DNA from: Candidatus Kapaibacterium sp.
Lineage (GTDB): Bacteria > Bacteroidota > Ignavibacteria > Kapaibacteriales > UBA2268
Length of the DNA stretch: 64,000 nucleotides
Direction: 5' to 3'
Assembly: GCA_963664875.1 (NCBI GenBank)
Contig: OY761611.1
Span: 340,511-404,510, forward strand
Position numbers and translations under genes: made by a program
In this document: one piece after another, positions 19,819 to 28,951 of the stretch
Position numbering within the stretch: the stretch's first letter is position 1
Layout: each line of letters begins with the position of its first letter
Notes under the pieces: model-generated
The model's input: only the letters and a program-made list of their open reading frames with translations
Told to the model about the DNA's origin: nothing
Database searches by the model: none

Positions 19819-21732
19819 ATGACTCAAGAAATATCAAAATATAAATATCTGAACAATATAGATTCTCCAAAAGATTTAAGAAAACTTCCGGTAGATGCTC
19901 TACCGGAAGTTTGTTCTGAAGTAAGAGACTTCATGATTGATATAATTACCAAAACCGGCGGACATTTTGGTGCAGGTTTAGGAGTTGTTGAGCTGACTGT
20001 AGCTTTGCATTATATTTTTAATACACCTGAAGATAAGATCATTTTTGATGTGGGACATCAAGGTTATCCACATAAAATAATCACCGGTAGGAGAGATCAT
20101 CTTCATACTATACGTCAAAAAGGTGGGCTTTCAGGTTTTTTAAAAAGAAGCGAAAGCGAATACGATTGCTTTGGTGCCGGCCATGCTTCGACGAGTATAT
20201 CAGCTGGCTTAGGTCTTGCAGCTGCAAGAGACATCCTTAAAAAAGATTATAAAGTAGTCTCTGTAATTGGTGATGGTGCAATGACCGGTGGCCTCGCTTT
20301 CGAAGCTATGAATAATTGCGGTGTTCAAAAGCGAGATATGCTTGTTATAATGAATGACAACAATATGTCAATCGATCCAAATGTATCTGCCTTTTCCAAT
20401 TATTTCAATCAACTGTTTGCTTCTTCTACATTCCAATCATTCCGAGATAATGTTTGGAAACTCACAGGTAAAATGGACGAACTTGGTGATAGACTCCGCA
20501 AATATGCTGCAAGATTTGAAGATGGTGTCAAAGCTATCATCACTCCGGGAGTTTTATTTGAAGCATTAGGGTTCAAATATTTTGGTCCTGTCAACGGGCA
20601 CAATATCGTTAAACTTGTAAGATTGCTTAAACAAATTAGAGATGTGAAAGGGCCTGTATTTTTGCATGTTATAACACAAAAAGGCAAAGGTTATGCACCT
20701 GCAGAAAAAGACACTCATTATTTACATGCAATTGGAAAAATTGATCGCGAAACAGGTATTTCTTTAAAGAAAAAAGACGAAAAGAAGCAGCTTAGCTATT
20801 CTGATGTTTTTGGAAATGCCATGGTTGAACTTTGCAAAATGAATCCCAAAGTTACTGCAGTCTCTGCGGCAATGATAGAAGGTACAGGGCTTAATATTCT
20901 CTGTGAAGAAGATCCTAAAAAAGTAATAGATGTAGGCATTGCCGAAGGTCATGCGGTTACTTTTGCAGCAGGAATGGCAGCAGAAGGGATGATTCCTGTT
21001 GTTGCTATTTATTCCACATTTCTCCAAAGAGCCTATGATCATATAATTCATGATTGTGCTATACAAAAAATGCACGTAGTCTTTGCATTAGATAGAGGTG
21101 GAGTAGTCGGAGCTGATGGTCCGACTCATCATGGCACATTTGACTTAGCTTACCTAAGACATATTCCAAATATGGTAGTAGCTGCTCCTAAAGACGAACA
21201 GGAACTTAGAGATTTACTATATTCTGCAGTTTTCAATTATACCAACGGACCTGTTGCTATTCGTTATCCGAGGGGCACAGGAATGGGTGTCAAGTTAAGT
21301 CCTATGAAGTTTATCGAGCTTGGTACTTGGGAAGTCATAGAAAAAGGCTCTGATATAGCAATTCTGGCTGTAGGCAAAACCTTTGCAGAATCAGTAAAAG
21401 CCTTAGATATTTTAAAAGAAAAAGGAATAAGCCCTACACTAATCAATGCAAGATTTATCAAACCTCTTGATAAACTGATGCTAAATGAAGTTGCAAAAAA
21501 TTATAAATATATTCTGACCGTAGAAGATGGCCAAGTGCAAGGTGGCTTTGGTTCTGCTGTAGCAGAGCATTTATTCGAAGAAAATCTAAAAGATACGACA
21601 TTGATTATTCATGGCATTCCTGATAAATTTGTAGAGCATGCAACTCAAGAACAGCTATATAATAGCTTAGGTTTAGATGCACTCGGAATAGCAGAAAAGG
21701 TTCAAAATATAATTAATTCAGATAAAATCTAA
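19819..21732 (+). CDS. dxs: 1-deoxy-D-xylulose-5-phosphate synthase
   Basis: GGHFGAGLGVVELTVALHYIF...DVGHQGYPHKI and downstream transketolase-like domains; 637 aa. Confidence 0.95.
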   Translation: MTQEISKYKYLNNIDSPKDLRKLPVDALPEVCSEVRDFMIDIITKTGGHFGAGLGVVELTVALHYIFNTPEDKIIFDVGHQGYPHKIITGRRDHLHTIRQKGGLSGFLKRSESEYDCFGAGHASTSISAGLGLAAARDILKKDYKVVSVIGDGAMTGGLAFEAMNNCGVQKRDMLVIMNDNNMSIDPNVSAFSNYFNQLFASSTFQSFRDNVWKLTGKMDELGDRLRKYAARFEDGVKAIITPGVLFEALGFKYFGPVNGHNIVKLVRLLKQIRDVKGPVFLHVITQKGKGYAPAEKDTHYLHAIGKIDRETGISLKKKDEKKQLSYSDVFGNAMVELCKMNPKVTAVSAAMIEGTGLNILCEEDPKKVIDVGIAEGHAVTFAAGMAAEGMIPVVAIYSTFLQRAYDHIIHDCAIQKMHVVFALDRGGVVGADGPTHHGTFDLAYLRHIPNMVVAAPKDEQELRDLLYSAVFNYTNGPVAIRYPRGTGMGVKLSPMKFIELGTWEVIEKGSDIAILAVGKTFAESVKALDILKEKGISPTLINARFIKPLDKLMLNEVAKNYKYILTVEDGQVQGGFGSAVAEHLFEENLKDTTLIIHGIPDKFVEHATQEQLYNSLGLDALGIAEKVQNIINSDKI

Positions 21733-21791
21733 TATTTTGTTTGGAATTTATGAAGATTATCCGTAATTTTGAATTCTACTGTTGAGGCAAT

Positions 21792-21864
21792 GATCCCGTA
21801 GCTCAGCCGGTAGAGCATTTGACTTTTAATCAAAGGGCCACAGGTTCAAGTCCTGTCGGGATCA
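21792..21864 (+). tRNA. tRNA-Lys(TTT): tRNA-Lys (anticodon UUU), copy 1 of 3
   Basis: 73-nt cloverleaf: acceptor gatcccg/cgggatc, D-arm agctcagccggtagagc, anticodon stem tttga/tcaaa with loop cuUUUaa, T-arm ggttcaagtcc. Confidence 0.9.
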
Positions 21865-21921
21865 CAGTTCTTTAAAATAGAATATTATATAACAGCATAA
21901 TATCAACAATCACTGAATAAT

Positions 21922-21994
21922 GATCCCGTAGCTCAGCCGGTAGAGCATTTGACTTTTAATCAAAGGGCCACAGGTTCAAGTCCTGTCGGGATCA
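21922..21994 (+). tRNA. tRNA-Lys(TTT): tRNA-Lys (UUU), copy 2, identical sequence
   Basis: Exact 73-nt repeat of copy 1; 57-nt spacer. Confidence 0.9.
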
Positions 21995-22036
21995 CAAAGT
22001 CGATTTTTGTTTTTGATGTATATATAATATTCTTAC

Positions 22037-22109
22037 GATCCCGTAGCTCAGCCGGTAGAGCATTTGACTTTTAATCAAAGGGCCACAGGTTCAAGTCCTG
22101 TCGGGATCA
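22037..22109 (+). tRNA. tRNA-Lys(TTT): tRNA-Lys (UUU), copy 3, identical sequence
   Basis: Exact 73-nt repeat; 42-nt spacer. Confidence 0.9.
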
Positions 22110-22111
22110 CA

Positions 22112-22143
22112 AAGCTTAAGATATATTCTTAAGCTTTTTTTTT
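22112..22143 (+). terminator. Rho-independent terminator of the tRNA cluster
   Basis: aagcttaaga-tatat-tcttaagctt perfect 10-bp stem followed by T9. Confidence 0.8.
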
Positions 22144-22174
22144 ACCTATCTGTGCTTAAAGAGAGAGGTATTCT

Positions 22175-22783
22175 ATGAAAATTGGTATATATGGGGGAAG
22201 TTTTAATCCCATTCATAATGCACATATTCAAATGGCAAAATGTTTTTCAGAGCAAATGAAGCTCGACAAATGCATTTTTGTTCCTAATCGAATTTCTCCA
22301 TTCAAAACAGAAGAAAATGTCATAGAATCGATATTTCGCCTTGAAATGGTAAATATTGCAGTAGAAGGATTTGATAAGTTTGAAGTCTCAGATTTTGAAC
22401 TAACCAATTCGCAGGAAATATCATATACATACTTGACTCTTGAACATTATAGAAATATTTTCCCGAATGATGAGCTGTTTTTGCTAATCGGATTAGATAA
22501 TGCTGTTAATTTTGACAAATGGAAAAATTGGGAGCTTATACTCAATTATGTTTCTCTTTGTATAGTTGATAGACCGGAGATAGCAGACAAGGAAGGGAAA
22601 GAGAAAATAATAAAGGCTCTCTCAAATAAATCGAAAGAGCCTCATTGGGTCAGTGCACCACTAATGGAGATTTCATCATCTATAATACGCTCTAAAGTTG
22701 CAAAAGGTTTCAAAATAAATGAGCTTGTTCCAAAAAAAGTTGAAGAATATATTTACAAGCATAATTTATATTCTAATATTTAG
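22175..22783 (+). CDS. nadD: Nicotinate-nucleotide adenylyltransferase
   Basis: GIYGGSFNPIHNAH (H/TxGH nucleotidyltransferase motif) and NadD-like length. Confidence 0.85.
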   Translation: MKIGIYGGSFNPIHNAHIQMAKCFSEQMKLDKCIFVPNRISPFKTEENVIESIFRLEMVNIAVEGFDKFEVSDFELTNSQEISYTYLTLEHYRNIFPNDELFLLIGLDNAVNFDKWKNWELILNYVSLCIVDRPEIADKEGKEKIIKALSNKSKEPHWVSAPLMEISSSIIRSKVAKGFKINELVPKKVEEYIYKHNLYSNI

Positions 22784-23687
22784 AAACATTGTAGTCCGCA
22801 AGACCGCCTTCAATATTGATAATTATTACAGCCGTGCCGGAATTATCAGATTTGGAGTAGTAATAATTACCTTTATCTTCAAACCCGTCAAAATTGAAAG
22901 AACTCAATGCAGAATTTGTAAATATTTTACAATTTGATTCTTTTGGAATGCTAATATTTATATCTGAGACTCCGCTTTTGATATTTACTGTACAAGAATC
23001 AGACTGATTACCTAACACCAAATCAAAATCAGAAGCTCCCATGTTTAGGTTTAATGTTTTGACTGGAATATTTTTCAAATCAAAATCAGCATCACTTGCA
23101 CCAATGTTAAAATGCAAATCCCATTCTGTTTTATTATCCAACAAAATTTTGGCTTCGTTCGTAAAATTCAAATCTTTTAACTCTGTAACCTGGTCATAAG
23201 AAAAGTCAATAACCAGAGCAGAATCACTATTCACTGAGCTATTGCATTTAGAAGATTCAGTATAGGTTTTTGCTTTGAAGTACTTATTTTCAGAATCGAA
23301 ATCTGTTATTTCAAATGAGCCTGCTCCACCATTAAAGTTGAGTATTGCTTTCGAAATATCGGAATGCTTTTCAACAGAATAATAACTCTCAGTATTTACA
23401 GAAGATAATTTGTGTTCGACTTTTTCGGAAATTTCCTCGACAGCAGAAACACCTGAAGAGAAAATACGCATTACTATGAGTGCAAGGAAAACAGCAGAAA
23501 ATGATGCTAAAATTCTTTTCCACATCTCAGAGATGCTAAGCATAGAAATGCCAAATATTATCAAAAGTGCCGGCCAAAATAAGTTTGAGGATATATTAGA
23601 AAAATCTACAAATCCAAAATTTGATAAAAGGACTGAGATGCCTAAACTAATAAAAAATACACCCCAAAAAAGAGAAGAGGTTTTCAT
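22773..23687 (-). CDS. LiaF-like / DUF4097-type membrane-anchored stress-response protein
   Basis: Two N-terminal TM helices followed by a Ser/Asn/Asp-rich repetitive beta-rich C-terminal domain; ATGA-coupled to the upstream PspC-domain gene. Confidence 0.5.
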   Translation of the reverse strand: MKTSSLFWGVFFISLGISVLLSNFGFVDFSNISSNLFWPALLIIFGISMLSISEMWKRILASFSAVFLALIVMRIFSSGVSAVEEISEKVEHKLSSVNTESYYSVEKHSDISKAILNFNGGAGSFEITDFDSENKYFKAKTYTESSKCNSSVNSDSALVIDFSYDQVTELKDLNFTNEAKILLDNKTEWDLHFNIGASDADFDLKNIPVKTLNLNMGASDFDLVLGNQSDSCTVNIKSGVSDINISIPKESNCKIFTNSALSSFNFDGFEDKGNYYYSKSDNSGTAVIIINIEGGLADYNVSKY

Positions 23688-24079
23688 ATATTTCGTTCCC
23701 CAATTTGATTTTCAGATTTGATGTTCTTATACAGTAGAGCTGTTCCCAGACCAAGAAGGATTAGTGCAAAATAAATTTGTGAATCGATATCAGGAATTAT
23801 ATAGTCCAACAAAAACAAAACTCCTAAAGAAATGAGAATATACGCTAAAACATTTCTTGAATTGCGTGGAGTGCCTGAAATAACTTCTCTTCTGACTACA
23901 ACTCCGTAATCAGCTACAATCCATAACAAAATATATGCAATTATGCCTAAACCACCTGTAAATACTGCAAGAATGAACACTATTCTCACGAGGACTACAT
24001 CAATATTGAAATAGTCGGACAATCCGGAACAGACACCGGCAATCATTCTTTTCGGTCTGTTTCTAAAAAAACGTTCCAT
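23684..24079 (-). CDS. PspC-domain membrane protein
   Basis: RNRPKRMIAGVCSGLSDYFNIDVVLVRIVFILAVFTGGLGIIAYILLWIV is a canonical PspC domain. Confidence 0.8.
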   Translation of the reverse strand: MERFFRNRPKRMIAGVCSGLSDYFNIDVVLVRIVFILAVFTGGLGIIAYILLWIVADYGVVVRREVISGTPRNSRNVLAYILISLGVLFLLDYIIPDIDSQIYFALILLGLGTALLYKNIKSENQIGERNI

Positions 24080-24142
24080 TTTTTTGCCTCCAATAAGTAA
24101 GTTTAATAGTATATACGGTATTATTGGAGTGGGGTTACTGAC

Positions 24143-27100
24143 TTATTTCAAAAATTTTACCATTGCACCATAATTTTTATCAACCTTAAACCCAATTTTT
24201 TTAAGGAAATCTTGAATTTCGAAGTGCGTTTTTACAACTTCTATATCTTTTTGTTTCAGTCTCTCAAAAAATACTTCAAGCATACTGCTTCCAAGTCCTA
24301 AACCTTTTAGTTCCTGTACTATAACAGTACCGTCAAGAAATACAGTGTTTTTATCTATCTCTTTGAAGCTCAAACCACCAACTAATCTATCATACTTGTC
24401 TTGCATCACATAGTATCTGTATCCTTCTCCGTATTTCATCGTGTAGTTTTCTTTATGGAATAATCTATAAAGTAAACCTATTTCAGAAGGTTTGAAAGTT
24501 TCATAAATGAAGTAATTATTCTTACCTGCATCTACAATTTTTGTCTTTATAGTATTGCCAAATATATTATCAGTATAGTCATAAGCTAACTGTTTTGGTA
24601 TCAATTGATAAGGAAATACCATTTTACTAAATACTAATTTGTCGTTTTTGTTAGTAAGATTAAATTGTAAGTCTGATAATTCATTTAGCTCTGTGACATC
24701 TGTATAATCTCTTAAGTCTATAATTTTCAACAGCCTGTCAAAGGCATTTCTTATTTCGATAGAATGATTTCGAAAATATGTGTGCCTGAAGAAGTAGTAT
24801 CTATTGTAATCAGAAACCTGATTAAGTTCATATTTGTCAAAAAATGTAAAAATAGTATCTATAGTTGCTTCAGGGGTAGCTGCATCATTAAGGAATTGCC
24901 AGTTAATAAAATTGTCAATTGCATTTGATAATATCATTGGAATAAAGCACTTAGGATAATCTTTAAGATACTTTTTCAATTCGTAGAGTAACTGATTTCT
25001 GCCATCAACAAAATCATATTTTTGAAAATCTGATTCAAGTTCTTTTAAGAAGTTAAGTCCCTCTTTTTCGCCTAATACTTCCATAATGGAATCAAAAATC
25101 CAATTCAAATCGAGGTGACCGGAAATCCAAGAATAATGAGATATAGTCTTTTTATAGAAATTTTTATAAAATGGCAAAATCAGAGAAATAGGAGAAGAGT
25201 AATAGACCCAGCCGTTTAGCGATAGCAGTCTGCCGGCATCCATATAGTCTTTATTGGGTAATATTACATTAGACATTGAAATGAACCCCGGAATTATTTT
25301 TTTTCCGCTATTTCTCCAGCCCATCAAAATAGATTTCATTGAGTACACAAATATTTTTTGTAATTGTGATAAATCCGCCTTCTTGTCAGCAGATAAAATC
25401 TCATTAGACAAAATTCTGATATGTCCCCAAGCTGTCAACTCATCATGGTAAATAACTGATCTTATACTCAATTCAGGGCGGGCACAACCTAATTTTGGCA
25501 AGACTTTAGAACCATAAGGATAAGACGAGATTATCATCAGCCAAAAAACTGTTTCCAGATTCCTACGCGATTTTAAATTTTCGTTGATAACTAATTGAAA
25601 ATCAAAACGTTCTCCATTTTTAGTATTGACACACATCCTAAAAATATTATTCTCGTGTGTGTGTGTTATATTTGAAATCCATATACCATACTCAGTTAAA
25701 TCATCAAGACAAAATTCATGCTTATCAAAAGCAAGCATTACTGATTGCTTCAAAAAAGTCGTAGTTGTCAAAATAGAAAACAGCTGAGATTTTGCTTTTT
25801 CGGGAACTCCATCGTCAAATGTAATTTTCTTTTTCCACTCATTTTTATCTTCTACTCGGAAAGCATTTTGGATTTTTTTCTCATAGTATTCCGAAACTTC
25901 AATAAAGTACTTATGAGCTATTTCAGATATTTTCTCATCGTCATCATGCATCATCCAATTTACCAATTCACTTCTGACCGGTTCGTAATAGTGTCCATAT
26001 TTTTTTACAAATTGCACAAGCAACCTGAAAATATTCTCAAACTGTTTCACTAAAAGTCTATTTACCGGCCATTTGAGTTGAGTTCGATAAATAAATAGCC
26101 TTTGTCTTAGGGTTTCTAATCTCCTTTTTTCAAATTTATGAGAGGTAATTTTAGCAATATATTCTTCATTGAGGAATGAAAAACCGGATTCCAAAAACGT
26201 GAAATACCCCGATGAGTGAAATGCGAAAGCATCATGAGTTAACAAAATCATATATGCTCGACACCTTATGTTTTCAATAGGGTGATACGCAAGTGATTCT
26301 AACCTAAGCTTGATGAGTTCTATTAAGTTAGAGTCTGTATTGCTTATTAGTAGCTCAATATTAGTAAGAGCAGTCTGATTGTCATTAGATTTATCTGCAA
26401 CAATCAAAGAATAATTTGCAATCAGCTCAGCAAGACCGGGAGATTTGAAGTTTTCGCTACTTGACTTACTGCTGTTTGATATAAGAGGTAGTTTTACTCT
26501 TTTATGGAAATATTTTAAATCAACTTCCCAAATTTCTTTGACAGGAGAAAAGTCTCGAAAAGGCTGATTCCCAGCCCAAAGCAATGGTTGTTTAGCAAGT
26601 ATATCAAAATCTAAATTATTTGTTTCATGCGTGTAAATCAGATTTCCGATTTGATAACAATTTTCATCTGTTTTTCTGCAAATCAGCTCTCTGTTATTTA
26701 CTCTGTCGTATATTGAGTTTTGACGTATGAGTATATCACTTTCTAAAATTCCGAGATCTCTGTAAAACCATCTTGGTATTCTTATATAAAAGCCCTGCAT
26801 CTTAAGATCAACAAAGTTTCGTTCATAACATGAATCTATAAGTGATTGATAATTCTTTAGAATAAGCTTTCTATTTAAAGTCTGCTTGGCAGTAATTTCT
26901 CCATTCTTTGCGTTAAAATCTTGTTCAAGTATTTTGAAATTGACTATTCGCTCATATTTTGCAAGTGATTTATTAGCTACCATAATCAACTTATGACAGT
27001 AGTCATGCAAATCTGATTTGGAGAGTCCGATTATTAGCTCGTCTTTAAAATCAGGAACAATAAAAAGAATATTATAAGGTTTTCCGTCGCCTACGAGAAA

Positions 27101-28684
27101 CACTCTTTTGATGCCGGGCACACCTTCGAACTTGCTTTCTACATTTCTCGGAGCAACAGTTTGTCCTTTGTTGTTTTTATAAATATCTTTTACTCTGTCG
27201 ATAATTTGGAAATGTCCTAATTTATCCTTGACAAAGATGTCACCAGTAGCAATATGGTAGTCATTTTCATTATTTTGAGGATACTCTATGACAGATTCAG
27301 GAGGAGCATCTTCCAAATATTTCGCCACATAATGTCCGGATATTGACATTTCGCCATTATCTGCAAGTTTCGGATAAATACCGGGAAGAGCTATTCCTGT
27401 AGAGTTTGCTACGTATTCGCCGGGAGGAGTCATTGTAATTCCACCCGTGGCTTCGGTCATTCCAAATCCGCTGGATAGTTTAATATTATATTTATTGAAA
27501 AACTTAAATACTTTTGGATCTAAATACCCGGCTGCAGATAGTCCCCATTTCAATTTTTTTCCAAGTACATTGCTTATTGCTTCTTCCGGAGCAATTCTAT
27601 GTTTGTCCATCATTAACATTATGTTGTCATAAGCTTGCTGCCAACGCAAAGGAATACTTATGAATATTGTCGGGTTTACAGTTGGGAATAATTTGAATAG
27701 AGTAGAGCCTGAAGGCGAACCTGTAAATGTATAAGTACCATTCCAATAGATGGTTCCCAAAAGTTCCAAATATCTGCCGAAAGTATGGAATAACGGCAAG
27801 TATGAGAGCATCACTTCTTTATCACCGATAAAGGGAACAGAAGCACCTCTGGCAAATCTTTTAGAGACAAGGGAATAATTGCTGAAAGAGATACCTTTGG
27901 GCTGACCGGTTGAGCCGGAAGTGAACATAACTGTTGACACTTCATTTGTATTGATAGATTCATATTTACTTATGCATTCTTCTATTTCATCAAGTGTAAG
28001 TTCTGAAGTAGCAACAGATAAATTGAGACAATTAAATAGTTCAACGTTGGAAAAAACTTTTGTAGTAAATATTTCAAGATTATTATTAATATCTTTTCTC
28101 AACTCATCAAGTAGTTTCAGTCTTTCTAATTTGTCAGTTACGGCTATATCAATTTGAAGCGTTTTAAAGATAGAGAGCAATTCGGATTTTGACGAATTTA
28201 TATTGATGGGAGTAACAAAGATTCCATGCATCAGGCAACTTAGATCAGTTAGGGCAGAGTACACACCATTATCACAAAATATTGCTACTCGTGGTCTTTT
28301 GCTTTTTTGTAAAAGTGCAGCGGCTATAGATCTGGTTAAATCATAAACTCTTTCATAAGAAAATTTTTGAGAAGGAGTAGCCCCCATATCCCTAAACAGA
28401 ATAGCATCCTTATTTCTATATAAACGTTGCTTAAACATATCAAGCAACGAATAATTAGATTTTTGTATTAGTTCGAAAGCACGTTCAGCCAATAAATATC
28501 TATCTTCTATATTTTGAACGTATTTAAGAAATGTTACACGAAATACTAAATCGAGCAATTCAAAGATTATATCAGCATCTTTGCCATGATATTCGAAATA
28601 GAATCGTTTTATAGTTTCGAAATGTTTTTTTAAATAACCATCGTAGTTTTTTGCTTCTTTCAAAATATCTCTAATGTCAGGCAT
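24143..28684 (-). CDS. Giant tripartite protein: AMP-forming acyl-CoA synthetase/adenylation (ANL) domain, ~700-aa unassigned middle region, C-terminal GNAT N-acyltransferase
   Basis: ANL motifs MFTSGSTGQPKG (A3), GFGMTEATGG (A5), ATGDIFVKD...IDRVKD (A7/A8). C-terminal GNAT motif A VIVQELKGLGLGSSML and ...FLKKIGFKV. 1513 aa, no signal peptide. Confidence 0.7.
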   Translation of the reverse strand: MPDIRDILKEAKNYDGYLKKHFETIKRFYFEYHGKDADIIFELLDLVFRVTFLKYVQNIEDRYLLAERAFELIQKSNYSLLDMFKQRLYRNKDAILFRDMGATPSQKFSYERVYDLTRSIAAALLQKSKRPRVAIFCDNGVYSALTDLSCLMHGIFVTPININSSKSELLSIFKTLQIDIAVTDKLERLKLLDELRKDINNNLEIFTTKVFSNVELFNCLNLSVATSELTLDEIEECISKYESINTNEVSTVMFTSGSTGQPKGISFSNYSLVSKRFARGASVPFIGDKEVMLSYLPLFHTFGRYLELLGTIYWNGTYTFTGSPSGSTLFKLFPTVNPTIFISIPLRWQQAYDNIMLMMDKHRIAPEEAISNVLGKKLKWGLSAAGYLDPKVFKFFNKYNIKLSSGFGMTEATGGITMTPPGEYVANSTGIALPGIYPKLADNGEMSISGHYVAKYLEDAPPESVIEYPQNNENDYHIATGDIFVKDKLGHFQIIDRVKDIYKNNKGQTVAPRNVESKFEGVPGIKRVFLVGDGKPYNILFIVPDFKDELIIGLSKSDLHDYCHKLIMVANKSLAKYERIVNFKILEQDFNAKNGEITAKQTLNRKLILKNYQSLIDSCYERNFVDLKMQGFYIRIPRWFYRDLGILESDILIRQNSIYDRVNNRELICRKTDENCYQIGNLIYTHETNNLDFDILAKQPLLWAGNQPFRDFSPVKEIWEVDLKYFHKRVKLPLISNSSKSSSENFKSPGLAELIANYSLIVADKSNDNQTALTNIELLISNTDSNLIELIKLRLESLAYHPIENIRCRAYMILLTHDAFAFHSSGYFTFLESGFSFLNEEYIAKITSHKFEKRRLETLRQRLFIYRTQLKWPVNRLLVKQFENIFRLLVQFVKKYGHYYEPVRSELVNWMMHDDDEKISEIAHKYFIEVSEYYEKKIQNAFRVEDKNEWKKKITFDDGVPEKAKSQLFSILTTTTFLKQSVMLAFDKHEFCLDDLTEYGIWISNITHTHENNIFRMCVNTKNGERFDFQLVINENLKSRRNLETVFWLMIISSYPYGSKVLPKLGCARPELSIRSVIYHDELTAWGHIRILSNEILSADKKADLSQLQKIFVYSMKSILMGWRNSGKKIIPGFISMSNVILPNKDYMDAGRLLSLNGWVYYSSPISLILPFYKNFYKKTISHYSWISGHLDLNWIFDSIMEVLGEKEGLNFLKELESDFQKYDFVDGRNQLLYELKKYLKDYPKCFIPMILSNAIDNFINWQFLNDAATPEATIDTIFTFFDKYELNQVSDYNRYYFFRHTYFRNHSIEIRNAFDRLLKIIDLRDYTDVTELNELSDLQFNLTNKNDKLVFSKMVFPYQLIPKQLAYDYTDNIFGNTIKTKIVDAGKNNYFIYETFKPSEIGLLYRLFHKENYTMKYGEGYRYYVMQDKYDRLVGGLSFKEIDKNTVFLDGTVIVQELKGLGLGSSMLEVFFERLKQKDIEVVKTHFEIQDFLKKIGFKVDKNYGAMVKFLK

Positions 28685-28727
28685 AAAAAATTCCTATGGT
28701 AGTTAGGAAATAAATACTTAGATTATA

Positions 28728-28747
28728 ATCGAGAAAAATGTCTCGAT
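28728..28747. promoter_or_regulatory. Inverted repeat ATCGAGA-n6-TCTCGAT in the divergent intergenic region
   Basis: 7-bp perfect IR located ~40 nt upstream of the 24143..28684 start and ~200 nt upstream of the divergent ACL-like genes; candidate operator. Confidence 0.3.
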
Positions 28748-28951
28748 ATAATTTACTAAGCAGTGTAAACTCTTATTGTAGATACTTATTTAGCCAGATA
28801 ATATTGCTAAACAGTTTTACGATTGCAATATAACAAAGCTATTAAATATCATAAATAATAAAATAAAGACTTTTCTAATATCTCGCAAACACAGAAATTA
28901 AAAATGTCCTTATGGGCAATAAATAAAAATCATAAAAATAAAGGTAATGTT

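Noticed and set aside
28904-28951. Upstream start of the AclB-like ORF (MSLWAINKNHKNKGNV...)
   Set aside because: SucC/ACLY homologues begin right at the ATP-grasp N-terminus; MQISGLRYGSRLL at 28952 aligns with that. The 16-aa extension is probably untranslated, though this cannot be settled without data.
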